Shown here: positions 1 to 13,556 of the stretch, one piece after another
Numbering within the stretch: position 1 is the first letter of the stretch
Layout of the letters: each line of letters starts with the position of its first letter
Origin: the human T2T-CHM13v2.0 reference genome, Homo sapiens
Reading direction: 5' to 3' (one strand)
Assembly: GCF_009914755.1 (NCBI RefSeq)
Contig: NC_060932.1
DNA length: 64,000 nucleotides
Made by a program: the position numbers and the translations under genes
Notes under the pieces: generated by a model
Database searches by the model: none
What the model was told of the DNA's origin: nothing
The model's input: the letters and a program-made list of their open reading frames with translations, nothing else

Positions 1-38
1 TGAGACATAATATACATATCAGTTAAAAAAACATAATT

Positions 39-415
39 TGGTGGCGAATTTTGTATGTCAATATGGTTAGGCCAGAGTTACCAGTCATTAGGTCAAACAT
101 TATTTTGGATGTTTTCATGAAAGGTTTTTTAGAAATAGATTAACATTGAAATCTGTGGACATTGAGTAAAGAGCTTACCCTCCATAATGTGGGCGGGTCT
201 TATACAATCCATTGATAACTTTAATAGAAGAAAGACTGACCTCCCTCGAGGAAGAGGGAACTCTGCCAGCAAACTGCCTTTGGGCTGGGACCGCAAGTCT
301 TTCCTGAGTCTCCAGCTTGCTGGCCTACCCTGCAGATTTTGAACTTGCACCTTTAAATCGAGTGAGTCAATTCCTCAAAATGAATACATCTCTCTCTCTC
401 TCTTTCTAGATAGAT

Positions 416-460
<45 letters not shown>

Positions 461-555
461 GATAGATAGATAGATAGGTAAAAATTAAATGTATGTGGTA
501 CAAAAATATAACAAATACATTCTGTTATATTTTTCTGGAGAACCTGATTAACACA
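39..555 (+). mobile_element. MLT2C/D-like ERVL solo LTR
   Basis: Starts TGGTGGCGAATTTTGTATGTCAA, contains CCCTCCATAATGTGGGCGGG and CCTACCCTGCAGATTTTG, ends TTTCTGGAGAACCTGATTAACACA, as in the MLT2 consensus; microsatellite at the usual 3' position. Confidence 0.85.
389..477 (+). repeat. (TC)n plus compound (TAGA)n microsatellite
   Basis: Read directly: (TAGA)2 T (TAGA)11 TGA (TAGA)3 after a short TC run. Confidence 0.97.
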
Positions 556-1439
556 ATTCATACCATCTAATTTATAAATCTAACAAAAATACCAAATGCA
601 TAAAACAACCTCAAGAAGATAATAATCATGATTTATATGAACAATAAATTACAAGAGTCTACTGAGGAATATAATGGATGCTTCAGTGATGGAACATTGT
701 GTCATGTTTCAGGATGAAACAGAACTTTATTCGATGTAGTTGTAAATATTGTAAACTTTAATACAAATTTTAACATTAATCTGAAATGAAATATTTAGAA
801 AAATTCTTAGACATTTTATGTCTAGAGATACTAAAAGCACTATTTCTAGTGAACACATAAAATGTATTTTGAAAATTTTAGAAGGTTAAAAATGTGGCTT
901 TAGGCTTAGAATGAGAATAAATGAACAGAAGAAGATACCCATAAAGAAGCTGTTGTATAACTAAGAACTAAATAAATATCAATACTTATAATATATATAA
1001 CACTTAATATGCTGAGTGTCCTAAGCCCTTGTATGGTAATATGAGGATTACCTGTGTACAACAAGCCTATAAGAGAGGTGAAATTATTATTTCCATTTTA
1101 TTTATGTTACCTATCCAAATTTTGAACTGTAAAGAAACAAAGAAAAAAAAAAGAAAAATGAATAAAACATAACAAACCAAAAGTAAAAGGCAAATATAAA
1201 TGCAACTTACATAAAAATATTGGCAAAGCATATATATGACAAAGTAATAATAATTGCTAGCTAAATAACTCACTTAAATCAATTATTATAAAATATAGTT
1301 AAAATGGGTTTAAAATATAATGCAAAATGTAATCATATTTATATAAATCTATGACATGATAAAATGTCACAGAAGATACACAAAAAGATAACATAAATAA
1401 GTGACTGTGTACAAAACTGCTGAGATCCCAGTAATGTAG

Positions 1440-1595
1440 ATAATCAATTGTCTTGGCCAATTTCAATTTTTTTTTTTTTGATAATGTACTATGGTAACAC
1501 CAAATGTTATCATTGGGGGAAGGAGGGGCAATAGGTACACTGAAGTATTTTTACAATTTTTCGTGAGTCTATATTTCAAAACAAAAAGTTAAAAA
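1440..1595 (+). mobile_element. Old L1M (L1MC/L1ME-like) 3' end fragment
   Basis: TGATAATGTACTATGG...GTTATCATTGGGGGAAG...TTTCAAAACAAAAAGTTAAAAA resembles old L1 3' termini. Confidence 0.6.
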
Positions 1596-2468
1596 GTAAT
1601 GAAAATGCCCGTAATGCCTATAAAGATTTTTCTACATTTATATCAGTAAGTTCAATTTTAATGCAACATAAATATATTTTATCAAGTTACTCTGAATATA
1701 TGAATTTTCAATCTTCCTAAAGATAATTAGCATCAGGCAATAAGAAATAAGTCATTCCTATAAGGGCTGTTTTTCAAATGTGTAAATTAGGAGAATGTTT
1801 CTTTTGTGTAATTTTCTAACATGTAAGAGAAGATTTAAAATGCATGTAGTTACTATTTGAAGAATCAATTTATAAGCATTTCCAGAATAAAACTAATTTA
1901 AGATATAGGCAAGGATCTGAATTAAAGGATTGCTGATAACAGTAAGAGATAGAACACATTAAACTTTTAACATAGGGCTTTGCTTAAAATATTTATGGAA
2001 TAGTCATGAAATGAAAAATTATAAAACCATTAAATGGTGATGTTAATGTTCATTCATTGACATGAAGATTGTTCATGAAAACTTAAAACACTTGCAGTAA
2101 AACTACAGATTATGAGATTCAATACAGCCATGCATATTTTAGTTGGAAGTATATTCAAATAGAGGAATATCAAAATGATAAATGTAATTTTCTCTATGGC
2201 ATAGAATAAAGGATATCTTTCCTTAACTCTACTTTTTGTTTGCATTTTCTAAATACTCTTTGTAAATACTCATATATATATATTCTTTACAATGTGTATA
2301 TATATTCAATTTACAAAGTAGAGCATAAAATTATCAATTCAGTGTTGTAATTTCAATGAAGAAATGAGCAACAAATAATTTTTTCTACTTTTTAAATTAT
2401 ATAGGGGTCAAGAATAAAGTGAACTAATACTAAGCACAACTATGCACTGAGGCCTCAGTTTAACCAAT

Positions 2469-2590
2469 TAAAAAGAAGAAGAAAGAGGAAAGACGGAAGG
2501 AAGGAAGGAAGGAAGGAAGGAAAGAAGGGAGGGAGGGAGGGAAGGGAGGGAGACAAAGAGTGGGGAGGGAGAGAGGGTGAAGGAAGGAAG
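2469..2590 (+). repeat. Polypurine (GGAA/GGGA)n tract
   Basis: GAAG and GGGA iterations read directly. Confidence 0.9.
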
Positions 2591-2718
2591 TATTTTCAAA
2601 TATCCTTGGTATGCAGCATTTACCAAAATCCATCTGGCTACTTGTGTGATAGGATCCAAACAGTTCCTATACCTTTTTGTTTTAACCTTCATTTACTCTC
2701 TCCCTCCCCCACTCTCCT

Positions 2719-2997
2719 AGACGGAGTCTTGCTCGTCACCCAGGCTGGAGTGCAAGGGCACAATCTCAGCTCACTGAAACCTTCACCTTCCGGGTTCAAG
2801 CAATTCTCCTGCCTCAGCCTCTAGGGTAGCTGGGATTACAGGTGTGCGCCACCACGCCGGTCTAATTTTTGTATTTTTAGTAGAGACGGGGATTTCATCA
2901 TTTTGGCCAGGCTGGTCTCGAACTCCTGACCTCGTGATCCACCCGCCTTGGCCTCCCAAAGTGCTGAGATTACAGGCATGAGCCACCGAACCCTGCC
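2719..2997 (-). mobile_element. AluS (Sg-like) without a poly-A tail
   Basis: Both monomers present; GGCCAGGCTGGTCTCGAACTCCTGACCTCGTGATCC; TSD-like CATTTACTCT (2690-2699) and CATTTATTCT (2998-3007). Confidence 0.95.
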
Positions 2998-4819
2998 CAT
3001 TTATTCTTAAAGAGTGAAATTGTTCATTGCTGGGAGAGAAACTTTGTAATTTTTACTTATTAAAGTTTACCTATTAAACTTATCAAAAATTGTTCATAAT
3101 TATAAAAAATTATTATAGGAAAACAAAATTCAACTGGGCAACTATTTTGGTGATAGCATTTAATATTTTCTCTATAGAGTTATAACATTAGATTAGGATT
3201 GCCATGTTGCTACATAACTTAAGATAAACCTGGGATAATTTCCAATTTTATTTTTCTGTTTCAAAGTAACACTGTGTTTGAAAGCGGTATTGTTTTCCCA
3301 TCTAGTATTGATATTAAGATATCCATATTAGACACAATTCATATTTTTCCTTAGTAAACAAATTATTTTAGAGATCTGTAATATATTTTAATATTTTTGT
3401 ATTTAATATTTTGTAAAACATTATAAAGAAATTATAAATACATGCATGTAGAACAAATATAAAAATGTTTAATATTACCTATTTTTTGTTTAGTATACTG
3501 GAAATACTAACTCAGTATACCTTTAGTTAACATTTTAAAGAATATACAAAATGTCTCTATAATTATAAATCTAATATTGATAAAATAACTTCCAAAGCCA
3601 AGTCTTCTCCATATGCCCTTCACAAGGCTGTATAGCATTTTTATTTGGCTTTTATGTCAATCTGCTCAACTCCAAGCTGTCACTGTCACAGCTGCATATG
3701 TGTTTTAGTGAATCTAGCAGAAAGCAACACGCAAAACGCAGCATACATTTAAAGGACAGGAATACTACAACTAAATGCTGAATTATGTCTAAGCCATTTC
3801 CTATATGACATTTTTTCCATTGCCAGATAACTTTATGATTATTCTTAATACTTAATTATTTTCCATGAAGCCTATAGCTTTAATGTTCTTTGCCTTAAAC
3901 TACTCTCAAGGAAATTGAAGTATAGAATATATAAAAGGATGCTATCAGTTTATCCCATAAGTATAGGCATGGGAGTTTGTTTAATAAGAGTAAAGGAAAA
4001 TGTATTGACAGAAAGATGAAAAGGTCCTTGGTCATGATATTGCATAAATGCCATAAATGGGAAATACAACATCAGTGACTACTTAATATTTTTTAGCTAT
4101 GAGTAGATAAGTAAATAATTTCTATACATTTTTTACTTGTGATTATGTATTAAGGCCTAAGCAAGAGGTGTCTCCACTGAAAAACGGATGCCTTCTATGG
4201 AGGATGTCTGTAATGATTTTGGAAAGGCATCATTTGAATTGAATTAAGGTTCTTATCAACTGGTAATTATAAAGAACTTCATATTCTGCTGTGAAATACA
4301 ACTATTATATCTTTGATATATGCCCCTCTTTGCATTCCAGGGATGCCACTTAAATCCAATTATTTCCAATAACTAACCTTATGATATCACCTCCACCACT
4401 TCATTTACTCTGTGATGGGTGTACCTCTTTGAAAAATACCCCTTTTTAATTGTATCAAGAACTAAAACCCCATTCCCTGTTTTACCTATAGCACCAAATT
4501 AAAAACAAGAAACCTTTGAGCATAAATTAAGGCATTACTCAAAGGAGCAGAAAATAAATATTAAATAACAATCTCTATTCAGACAAAAATAAAGACCTTG
4601 CCCTAAATTTTTTCCCAGGATTTCAGCTTCTTCCCAGTCAGTCTTGCAGACTCTTCCCCTCCGTTGAGTGGAAGACTGGAGAGTTTACCTTTAATCAGAA
4701 GCCACCCAAACCATACTTGCCTCCAGCATAAACACCAAAATCACATCTGTACACTTGTCACAACCCCAACACCCTCAACAACAACTACTACAATAAAAAC
4801 AAAGCACCAAGCTATACTA

Positions 4820-5078
4820 TATTTTTTATCTTTGTATTGTAAAGTAATGATAGATTCACAGGAACCTACAGGAAATGTACAGAGAGGCCCCTTCATATTG
4901 CACCCAGCCTCCCCCAATGTTAACATCTTGCACAGTTACAGTAAAACATCAAAATTGGTGTTGACTATAGTATAACATGAACATTGAAATTGGTCCAATC
5001 CAAAGAACTTATTTACATTTCACCAGTTATATATGCACTAATTTATGTGTATGTGTGCATGTGTGTATAGTTCTATGT
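4820..5078 (-). mobile_element. L1MC/L1MD-like 3' end
   Basis: GTACAGAGAGG...CCCAGCCTCCCCCAATGTTAACATCTTGCA...TTTCACCAGTT matches the reverse complement of L1MC-type 3'UTR; resumes briefly after the Alu. Confidence 0.75.
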
Positions 5079-5454
<376 letters not shown>

Positions 5455-5484
5455 TAGCAGATACATATACTTTATTAAGTATTT

Positions 5485-5645
5485 TAAGTGCATTATTTAA
5501 TCCACACAACCCCACATGAAGTTTCATTTTTGTTAATGGAGAAACAAGTTTTGGGAGGGTTAATAATCCAAAACCACCAAACTAGCAATACACAGGAAAA
5601 GGTCAGAGCTCAACTCAAGCTCTTTATTAACCTCAAAGCTTGTGC
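5485..5645 (-). mobile_element. MIR remnant
   Basis: TTTAATCCACACAACCC...GGAGAAAC...GGGTTAA resembles a degraded MIR core. Confidence 0.5.
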
Positions 5646-6249
5646 AACATATTTTCATAGAAGTTCACATCCAAGCAGGCAGTACTTCCATTTCACAAAG
5701 CACCATTTTGGGGGAGGCGGTGGGGATGCAAGCAGAGGTATGTGAAGAAGAAGAATATTGATCCACTTGACTCCTGTTATCTAAAACTCAATCACCTCTA
5801 GGTACTTTTTCACCGTGTGTTCTCATCTAAATTGCCTGCAGTAGAGAAGGTGGTGGAAGAAGAGGGAAAGACAGGGGGACAAGGAGAGAGAGAGAAGAAT
5901 AAGGAGGAGGAAAATGAGGGAAGGATGGAAGAGAGGAAAGAAGGGAGAAACTTTACAGGGAGGAAGTGAGACTTAATCAAAGTTTTAGGGTTTTTTTTCC
6001 AAGTGAGTAAAATATATTGAGAAAAACAAATGAAATTAAAAGTTTACATACAAGGAATCAAATATATTAATGGATCATGGGATCTATGCTGGATAAGCAG
6101 ACAAATTAGGACACAGCAAAATGAGAGGAATAGCAGTTACTATCAATAAATTTTAGTATTAGTAGATTCTGAAAATTATTTGTGCTAGTATTCACAAAAT
6201 AACAAAAAAATAGAATAACTAACTGATAGTGAATAACACAGGTTTGACA

Positions 6250-6372
6250 TTTGTATTTATTTATAAATAACAAGATCTCACTATGTTGCCCATGCTGGTC
6301 TCAAACTCAAGTGAATCTTCCACCTCAGTCTCCCAAAGTGCTGGTATTACAGATATGAGATGCCATGCCTGG
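6250..6372 (-). mobile_element. FLAM / Alu left monomer
   Basis: TCTCACTATGTTGCCCATGCTGGTCTCAAACTC...CTCCCAAAGTGCTGG...CCATGCCTGG. Confidence 0.85.
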
Positions 6373-7130
6373 AAAAGGTTTGAAACATTTTTAAATGACA
6401 AAAATCAATGTATTTGATCAAGAGATTTAGGACCTGAGGTATAGTGGATAATAGAATGACGTCCAGTGACAGATGATAGAAAAGTCTCAATAAGGCCAGA
6501 ATATTTAAAGAATATACTGCATACACTTTGAAATCAGGAATATGCAAAGAAGTATTGGGAAAAGTGATGGAAGATAGCAACTGAAATATTTATGCAGTGA
6601 GAAAGGTAATGAAATAAAGTTTTTGTAACTGGCTACATTAAGAAGGGGTGGTGTTTTGAATAACCTAATTAAATAAGATTTATACCAGTAGCTATTATGA
6701 GGAACTGAGAGATAATGGTGTAAAAATAACAGGGAGTCATTTACCAACCTGTTACCAGTAGGGCTAGAGGTGAGATAGAGAATACATGATTAAAGGGAGA
6801 TTTTCAGGGAAATGTTTTCTTCAGGAGGAATCCAAGTTTCAGTAACAACAAGAAAGTTATGACTGACTTTAAAATTCTTAAGTCCCATTGAAAAGTTATT
6901 ACAAGAGGTGTAGTTGGGAAAAGGTGAGATTTGGTGTGATTCTTACAAATTTTCACTTTGTAATTGTGACTTCTCAAAGTGTGTGTGTGTGTATCAGTGT
7001 GTGCTTGTTTAAATGATTCTGGATAATTGAATATTTGTTGTCTGAAGAGATCTAATGAAAACACATATAAATAAATTAAACTGTGGGAAAACAGTGAAAT
7101 ACATGTATACATATAAAAAATTTAAACACT

Positions 7131-7445
7131 GGCCGGGTGCAGTGGCTCACGCCTGTAATCCCAGCACTTTGGAAGGTGGAGGCGGGCAGATCACGAGGTC
7201 AGGAGATCGAGACCATCCTGGCTAACACGGTGAAACCCCGTCTCTACTGAAAATACAAAAAATTATCCGGGTGTGGTGGCGGGCACCTGTAGTCCCAGCT
7301 ACTTAGGAGGCTGAGGCAGGAGAATGGCGTGAACCCGGGAGGCGGAGCTTGCAGTGAGCCGAGATCGCGCCACTGCCCTCCAGCCTGGGTGATAGAGACT
7401 CCATCTCAAAAATAAATAAATAAATAAAAATAAATAAATAAATAA
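7131..7445 (+). mobile_element. AluY
   Basis: Y diagnostics GAGATCGAGACCATCCTGGCTAACACGG, GAATGGCGTGAACCC, GGAGCTTGCAG; (TAAA)n tail. Confidence 0.97.
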
Positions 7446-8105
7446 ACATATCCATGTACTTTATATTTGTGGTATATTTAAAATGTATACAGTGACTAAA
7501 ATGTGAAATAATATAACCTTATTTGCATTCCAGAATTGACTTCTAAAGTTCCCCTTAGCGATGCTCTTAGAAGTTACTTGGTTTTACCATTTTAAATAAG
7601 TGTATCAATATTTCACTCTCAGGTGGGTTAGAGTAGCCAGCTTTAGACCAGTGCTCTAGCACAGTAGATTTGATCAGCAGGTACAATGAGGTTTCCTTTT
7701 AGAATAGATATTTAGGAATAGAAAGGAAAAAAGTAAAAATCACCTTTATTTCTTTCAGTCAATACGGCTTGAAAAGCAACCATGAACTGCTATTTTTTTC
7801 TAAAATGCACATGTGTGCATCTTTAATCCTTTGCAACAATCCACAAAATTTAAGAATATACCTGAAAATTTTCATGACTACAATGTTTTGTTATGATGTA
7901 TCCCTAGGCAAATGTGCAAAAATTGATAACTGATTCTAGAATATCTTACTTTAAAACTATAATAGCATGTAAATATTGTTTTAAACAAGATCATTGAATA
8001 ACTTCTAAATATTGCATCTTAAAAATTATTACATTTTATTGAATGGTTACACACATGTAAAATATCAACCACTAGATATATATTGGGTCAAATGTGTATA
8101 CTTAC

Positions 8106-8470
8106 TGATATAGTTTGGCTCTGTGTCCCCATCCAAATCTCATCTTGAATTGTAATCCCCATGTGTCGAGGGAGGGTCCTGGTGGAAGGTGATTGGATCA
8201 TGGAGGTAGTTTCCCCCATGCTGTACTCATGATAATGAGTGAGTACTCAACAGGTCTGACGGCTTAAAAGTAGCACATCCCCCTTTGCTCACACTGTCTC
8301 ATGACACCATGAAAGACATGTCTTACTTCTCGTTCGCATTCCACCATGATTGTAAGTTTCCTGAGGCTTCTCAGCTATGTGGAACTGTGAATCAATTAAA
8401 CCTTATTTTTCTTTATATATTACCCAGTCTCAGGAAGTTCTTTATAGCAGTGTGAAAATGAACTAATACA
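8106..8470 (+). mobile_element. THE1D (MaLR) solo LTR
   Basis: TGATATAGTTTGGCTCTGTGTCCCC...GTTCTTTATAGCAGTGTGAAAATGAACTAATACA; 5-bp TSD CTTAC/CATAC. Confidence 0.93.
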
Positions 8471-11400
8471 CATACAAAATCTATTATGATCTCACAAATA
8501 TATTTACTAAACAGTCAGAAGCAGAAGATTTTTCTGAATATAATATATATTAAACAATATGTTAATTAATATATTATATGGTTAATATCTTATTAATAAA
8601 ATATTAAATGTATTTAATTAATTAATTAATTAAATATTAAATGTATACAGTATTTCAAAATGTCTGTTATACAGTTGATGTTTGAATAATAAAACACTAA
8701 AGTATTTTATTTAATAATAAATACACACTGATAAGAATTTAAATGCCTTTAGATAGGCATGAAAATAACTTACTCAATAGACAATATTAAATTGACAAAT
8801 TATAATTAAACTTAATGAAGTGCTTGGTGTGGGAGTAAGTTAATTTCTGCAGACCATGTGAATGACCTTTCAAACAGCCACTGGCTATTTATTCAGTAGT
8901 ATTGTCCTGTCTCAACTGAAGATAAAATTATACTTTCTCATTTTTTTAATATAGTAAAGAAAAAATTCTAAAAAATGTAAAATTAAGTTATCATATACTT
9001 TTAAATTTATCACATTGAAGTATATAGAACTAAAATTATTTAAAAGAATTACTACTGTGATAGAAATAAAGATAGTATTTGAAGTTTAAACAGAGGAAGT
9101 AATTCATTGAAAGGTTTGTTAAACATTGAAAACTATATTTACCAGCATCATGTTCAACCTGCATTCATTCTCTAGGGTACCTGCAGCTGCAAAATTTGTT
9201 TGCATTTGGCACACACAGAGAGAAAGCATTCACAGTTAATTTCCATAGAAATGTCCAGTCAAAATTGTGCTGCATAGAATGAAAGGCAAAGAAAATAGCA
9301 CATTTTAAGAACATTTAATATCATACACACATTTTGTTATGTTTTGCTTTCTGTGTGTTTAATGGCAAATAGGGGAAATATTATTTTTTTAAAAGAATGG
9401 TGATAAATGGCTAAAAACACATGCTGAAATTCTGTGTGAGTGAGAAATAGGGCAAAAAAGGAGTTAAAGCTTCCTAATCTCTTTGCAGACATGTTTATGA
9501 CAGACCTAGTGAAAACCCTAAATGTTTTTTGTTTAGAGAATAGTGCCAGTGTGTAAAATGCTTTACACAAAATAGGCCTGGTTATCTAAAATACTTAAAA
9601 AAAAACAGAAGTCTAATCACATATAAATATCTGAGTTTAAAACGGTGGCGTTTCATAATCTACATAGCTCTATTTATGTGAAGTGACCACATATCTCATT
9701 TAGAAAGCCCATCTATAACCTAGGTCAAAGCATGTTCAATGGGAGAAGAAGGAAACTGAGGAGCTGTGCTGGGGGGTCCAAGACTTGCCTCTTTCATTTG
9801 TGCAATGCAATTTTTATATCCTTAAACATGTTTAGTTAAGCTTGATACTGGTTAATATCTCTGATGTATGGGAAGACTCTGGTCCACAAATCTGATATTA
9901 TGTGTAATCTCAGATTGGTACTGTTGGCATGATTGTCTTTTAAACCCATGAGTCATAATTGCTAATACACTTTATGGCAAGAAATAAAGAGATAATGATA
10001 AAACACTATAAAGGCTTAATGTCAGAATGGCTGTTTCTCTAGCCTCTTAGTATGAAGAAGTGAGAGCTTTTAAAGAAATTATAACAGTGTGAGAATGAAG
10101 AGTAATGGTATTTGAAAGAAATTGGTTTAATTCAGGTAAACTGGCTGAGTGGATAGATAAGAAGTACAAAACTGAAAGGGATGTTAGTCATTTTTTTTTC
10201 TATTTCTTCACTCTTGCTAGAAACTCTAGCAAAATCCAGACACACAAAGATCAGAACGAAAGTCCATGTAAAATTCATTTCTGTATTCTCTGGCAAGCCT
10301 CATCATTGCCTTTCATATAGAAGTAATTTATAAAATATTTGTTGACTGAATTAATGTGCAAATCTGTAAATATAGCATTCCAGACACTGACACTCAAAAA
10401 TTACTTGCTCCTGCTCTATGAAACCTGTAAGCAGGAATGTAAAGAGTAGGCCTACCACAAGTTGATCTTTAACCCAGCTCTGCTAAGTTAAAGCTGTCAC
10501 AGTTCCAAAAAATATTATTTTACTCATATGTATGATTTGAGAAAAGGACAAGCCCATAGTTCCAGACAGATTAATAGACTGTATTAAGTCACTGAGACAA
10601 TAATTCCATTCATTGACATAGATGCTGAAAATTAACATTGGTGTTCTCTCTTTGAGGTTTAATATTAAATAATTTGATCAAAATCAACTTTTCTTGAGGT
10701 TACAATAGAAAATTCAAAAGGTTTAATTGATATTTCTAAAATTCATTTTTCTTCCATTTTCAGAGCTTCCTTTCTGTATTGGAGTTAATGGAGCAAATCT
10801 GACTTCCTGAGACAGTACCTCCAGAACTCAAGAAGGTATTACTGCTGAACCATGCTTAATCAGGGCACAGATGAAAAACCAAGTACACTTTCTCATCACA
10901 ATAGAAAGAACATAAAGTCCTAATTAAATTTTTTAAAACACATTTTATAATTTTTCACAATATATGACACTCAAAAATATGTTTAAAGATGGCTAATTAA
11001 ATGTTTGGAAACAGATGTAAGATGACAACTCTTCTTATTAAATATTTTAAATTTTAAAAAGTAAAATAAGCATTTAATATGAATGATTGCAAATAATCTC
11101 ATAATTATATTAGAAAGTGCTTAATACTTAAATAAACACTATAATCTAGTTTTTCTATTTGTTTTTGGCTTGGGAATTTTTTCTCTTGAGTTTTTCATTA
11201 AGAAAAATTCTGCAGAAGAATAATGCCCAATTTTTATCAGAATCATAACATCAAAGCACTAAAAACACAATGTTTTAAATTGAATATAATTTGGTGTAAT
11301 TTTTAAGCAATATATTCAGAAAATGCTGATGTTTAAAAAAAGAAGTAATTCAACTTTCTGTAGTCATTTCACAAAACTTTTTTTGCATAAATTATAATGT

Positions 11401-11559
11401 TTAAATAGTTTAGAGGCCATTCATTAAAGTTTTCCTACTGATTATCTAAACTTGGTAAAGAACATGAAAATAGTAAACCATATGTTTTCCTGGTTTTGCT
11501 TGCTAAATTTTATTCACAATAAAGGATTTACTTGCTAAACATCATGGAGTTTGATTCTA

Positions 11560-11719
11560 GTAGTAGGCAGAATGTACCTGCCTCAACTGCCAAATTGCCA
11601 AGATGTTTATACCCAAATCCCTGAAATGTGTGAATATATTTCCTTACCAGCCAAAAGAGTCTTTCAGACATTAAAATGTAGAGATCATCCTGAATTATCT
11701 AGGTGAGTCTAATCAAATC
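11560..11719 (+). mobile_element. MLT1D LTR, 5' part
   Basis: GTAGGCAGAAT...AAGATG...TGTGAATAT...CCTTAC...CAAAAGAG...ATCATCCTGAATTATCTAGGTGAGTCTAATC follows the MLT1D 5' consensus. Confidence 0.75.
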
Positions 11720-13248
11720 TGTTCTGATAAACTTCAGGGTTCCCATCTCAAGATCAAACATTGAGAATTGTAACCACAGAATAAATTCCATAAAATTTGT
11801 GCGATGTCTGAGTTGGAATATTTGGGAATAATCAGGAGAATGACACTTTATTGCATATTTACTTAAATATATCATATAATAACATATCAATATTAGATTT
11901 TTTATAAGCTCACTGATTCTTCTGTCCAGTAACTAATATTCTAGAGTTTAGCTAGCATTTGAAAGAAGGGAGAGCAACACATTTTATCACAACTGAAAAG
12001 GACAAATAAATAGGTGCTGAAGAGAAAAGCTAGAATTGGAAGCAGAAATAGGACAAACAATAAAGAGTAGGTTTAAATGACCATTGAGGGAATGTGGGGG
12101 CTGGAAAGAAAGATATTTGGGATAGTTCTGGCATTGGAGCGTGTGTGATATTTAGTGATAGAAAGCTCAACTGAATTAAGAAGTTTTGCTATGGCTTACA
12201 AAGTTAATTTGGCATTGTTTAATGAAACCACTCAAGTTAATTTTCAATTATATTTGGACATAGAGATACATATTCTAAATTTGACCAGTGCTAAGCTAGA
12301 TCATGAAACAAGTACAAGTTAGTCTTATCCTAGGTTCATATCAATACAGAGTAGAATATATGGCCCTTATTTACCCAGGGTTCAGATTTTAAAATACAAA
12401 AAAAAATGCTTATATGGATCCCGTGAGGTTGACTTCTACATAACATGTACATGTAGCAAATTAAACATTGCTCACATTTTTCAATTTAATTTGAAAAACA
12501 TTAATCAAGAAAAAGACAAATAAAAGGTAAAAGGCAGTCAATAAATGGCATAGTTCTAAATAAAGCTAGTTTTAAATTTATCAAAAATTATTAACATTTA
12601 TCATAAAAGTAATAGAATATTATCTGCCTAGGGATTTTCAAGGTTATCATGTCTACAACAGACTGAGTCTTAGGCAAAATGCTTACAAATATGTCTAATT
12701 TCTGTTTCTACATCATCAACCGAACACTTGTATTACCCGCAAATGTCTTTCATATAATTACTAAAAAAAAATTCTATTGAATTTAACTGAATTGATCTGA
12801 TGTCTTTGCCTTGACATAATTCTGTAAGAAAATGGATGATTGCTTTATCTGAAATATTTGGTTTATTATTTAAAATGCTTCACCGGCTTCTCAGCCCTTA
12901 AACAAGAACTATGAACAGGCAAGGGAAAAGACACATTGCTTGGTAAATCACAATCTGTCTTGCATAATAAAATGTCATGATCATGCAATTTTGGAAAAAA
13001 ACAGAGTAGATGTTTTAAAAAAAACTTGCTTGTTTGTCACAACTATTTGGAATTACAACATAATGATTGTAAAAACAGATAAAGAGTCATTACATTGTAC
13101 CTAGGCATATAGTTAGCAGAGTTGTGATTGTTACCACTGTTGATATAATTAACTGTTACAGGAACTTCATTTCTGCCTATTTTGGCAAAATACCCCATGT
13201 GGAATACTCGAATAACAAAGCAAAGATCTCTTCAGGAAGATACAATAA

Positions 13249-13556
13249 TAATCACATGATTCAATAAAAACTGAGAAGATTCCTGGTTGTGAGCATGAAA
13301 AAAGACTCAGTGTGACACAACATTGCTGTTTTCAATGAAGGCCAAAAGCCAAACAAAATGGGCAGCCTCTGAAACTGGAAAAGACAAGAAAACTAATTCT
13401 CCTCTAGAGACTCCAGAAAGATTTGCACCTTGATTTTAACCCCGTGAGACCCGTGTTGGACTTATGACCTATAAAACTTTAAGATAATAAATATGTGTTG
13501 CATTAAAACACTAAGTGTAGAGTAATATGTTACAGTAACAATAGAAAATTAATACA
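13249..13556 (+). mobile_element. MLT1D LTR, 3' part
   Basis: TAATCACATGA...CTGGAAAAGACAAG...ATTCTCCTCTAGAG...CACCTTGATTTT...GTGAGACCCGTG...AATAGAAAATTAATACA. Confidence 0.85.

Noticed and set aside
8540-8650. AT-only tract with palindromic TTAA iterations
   Set aside because: Low-complexity sequence; self-complementarity is expected.
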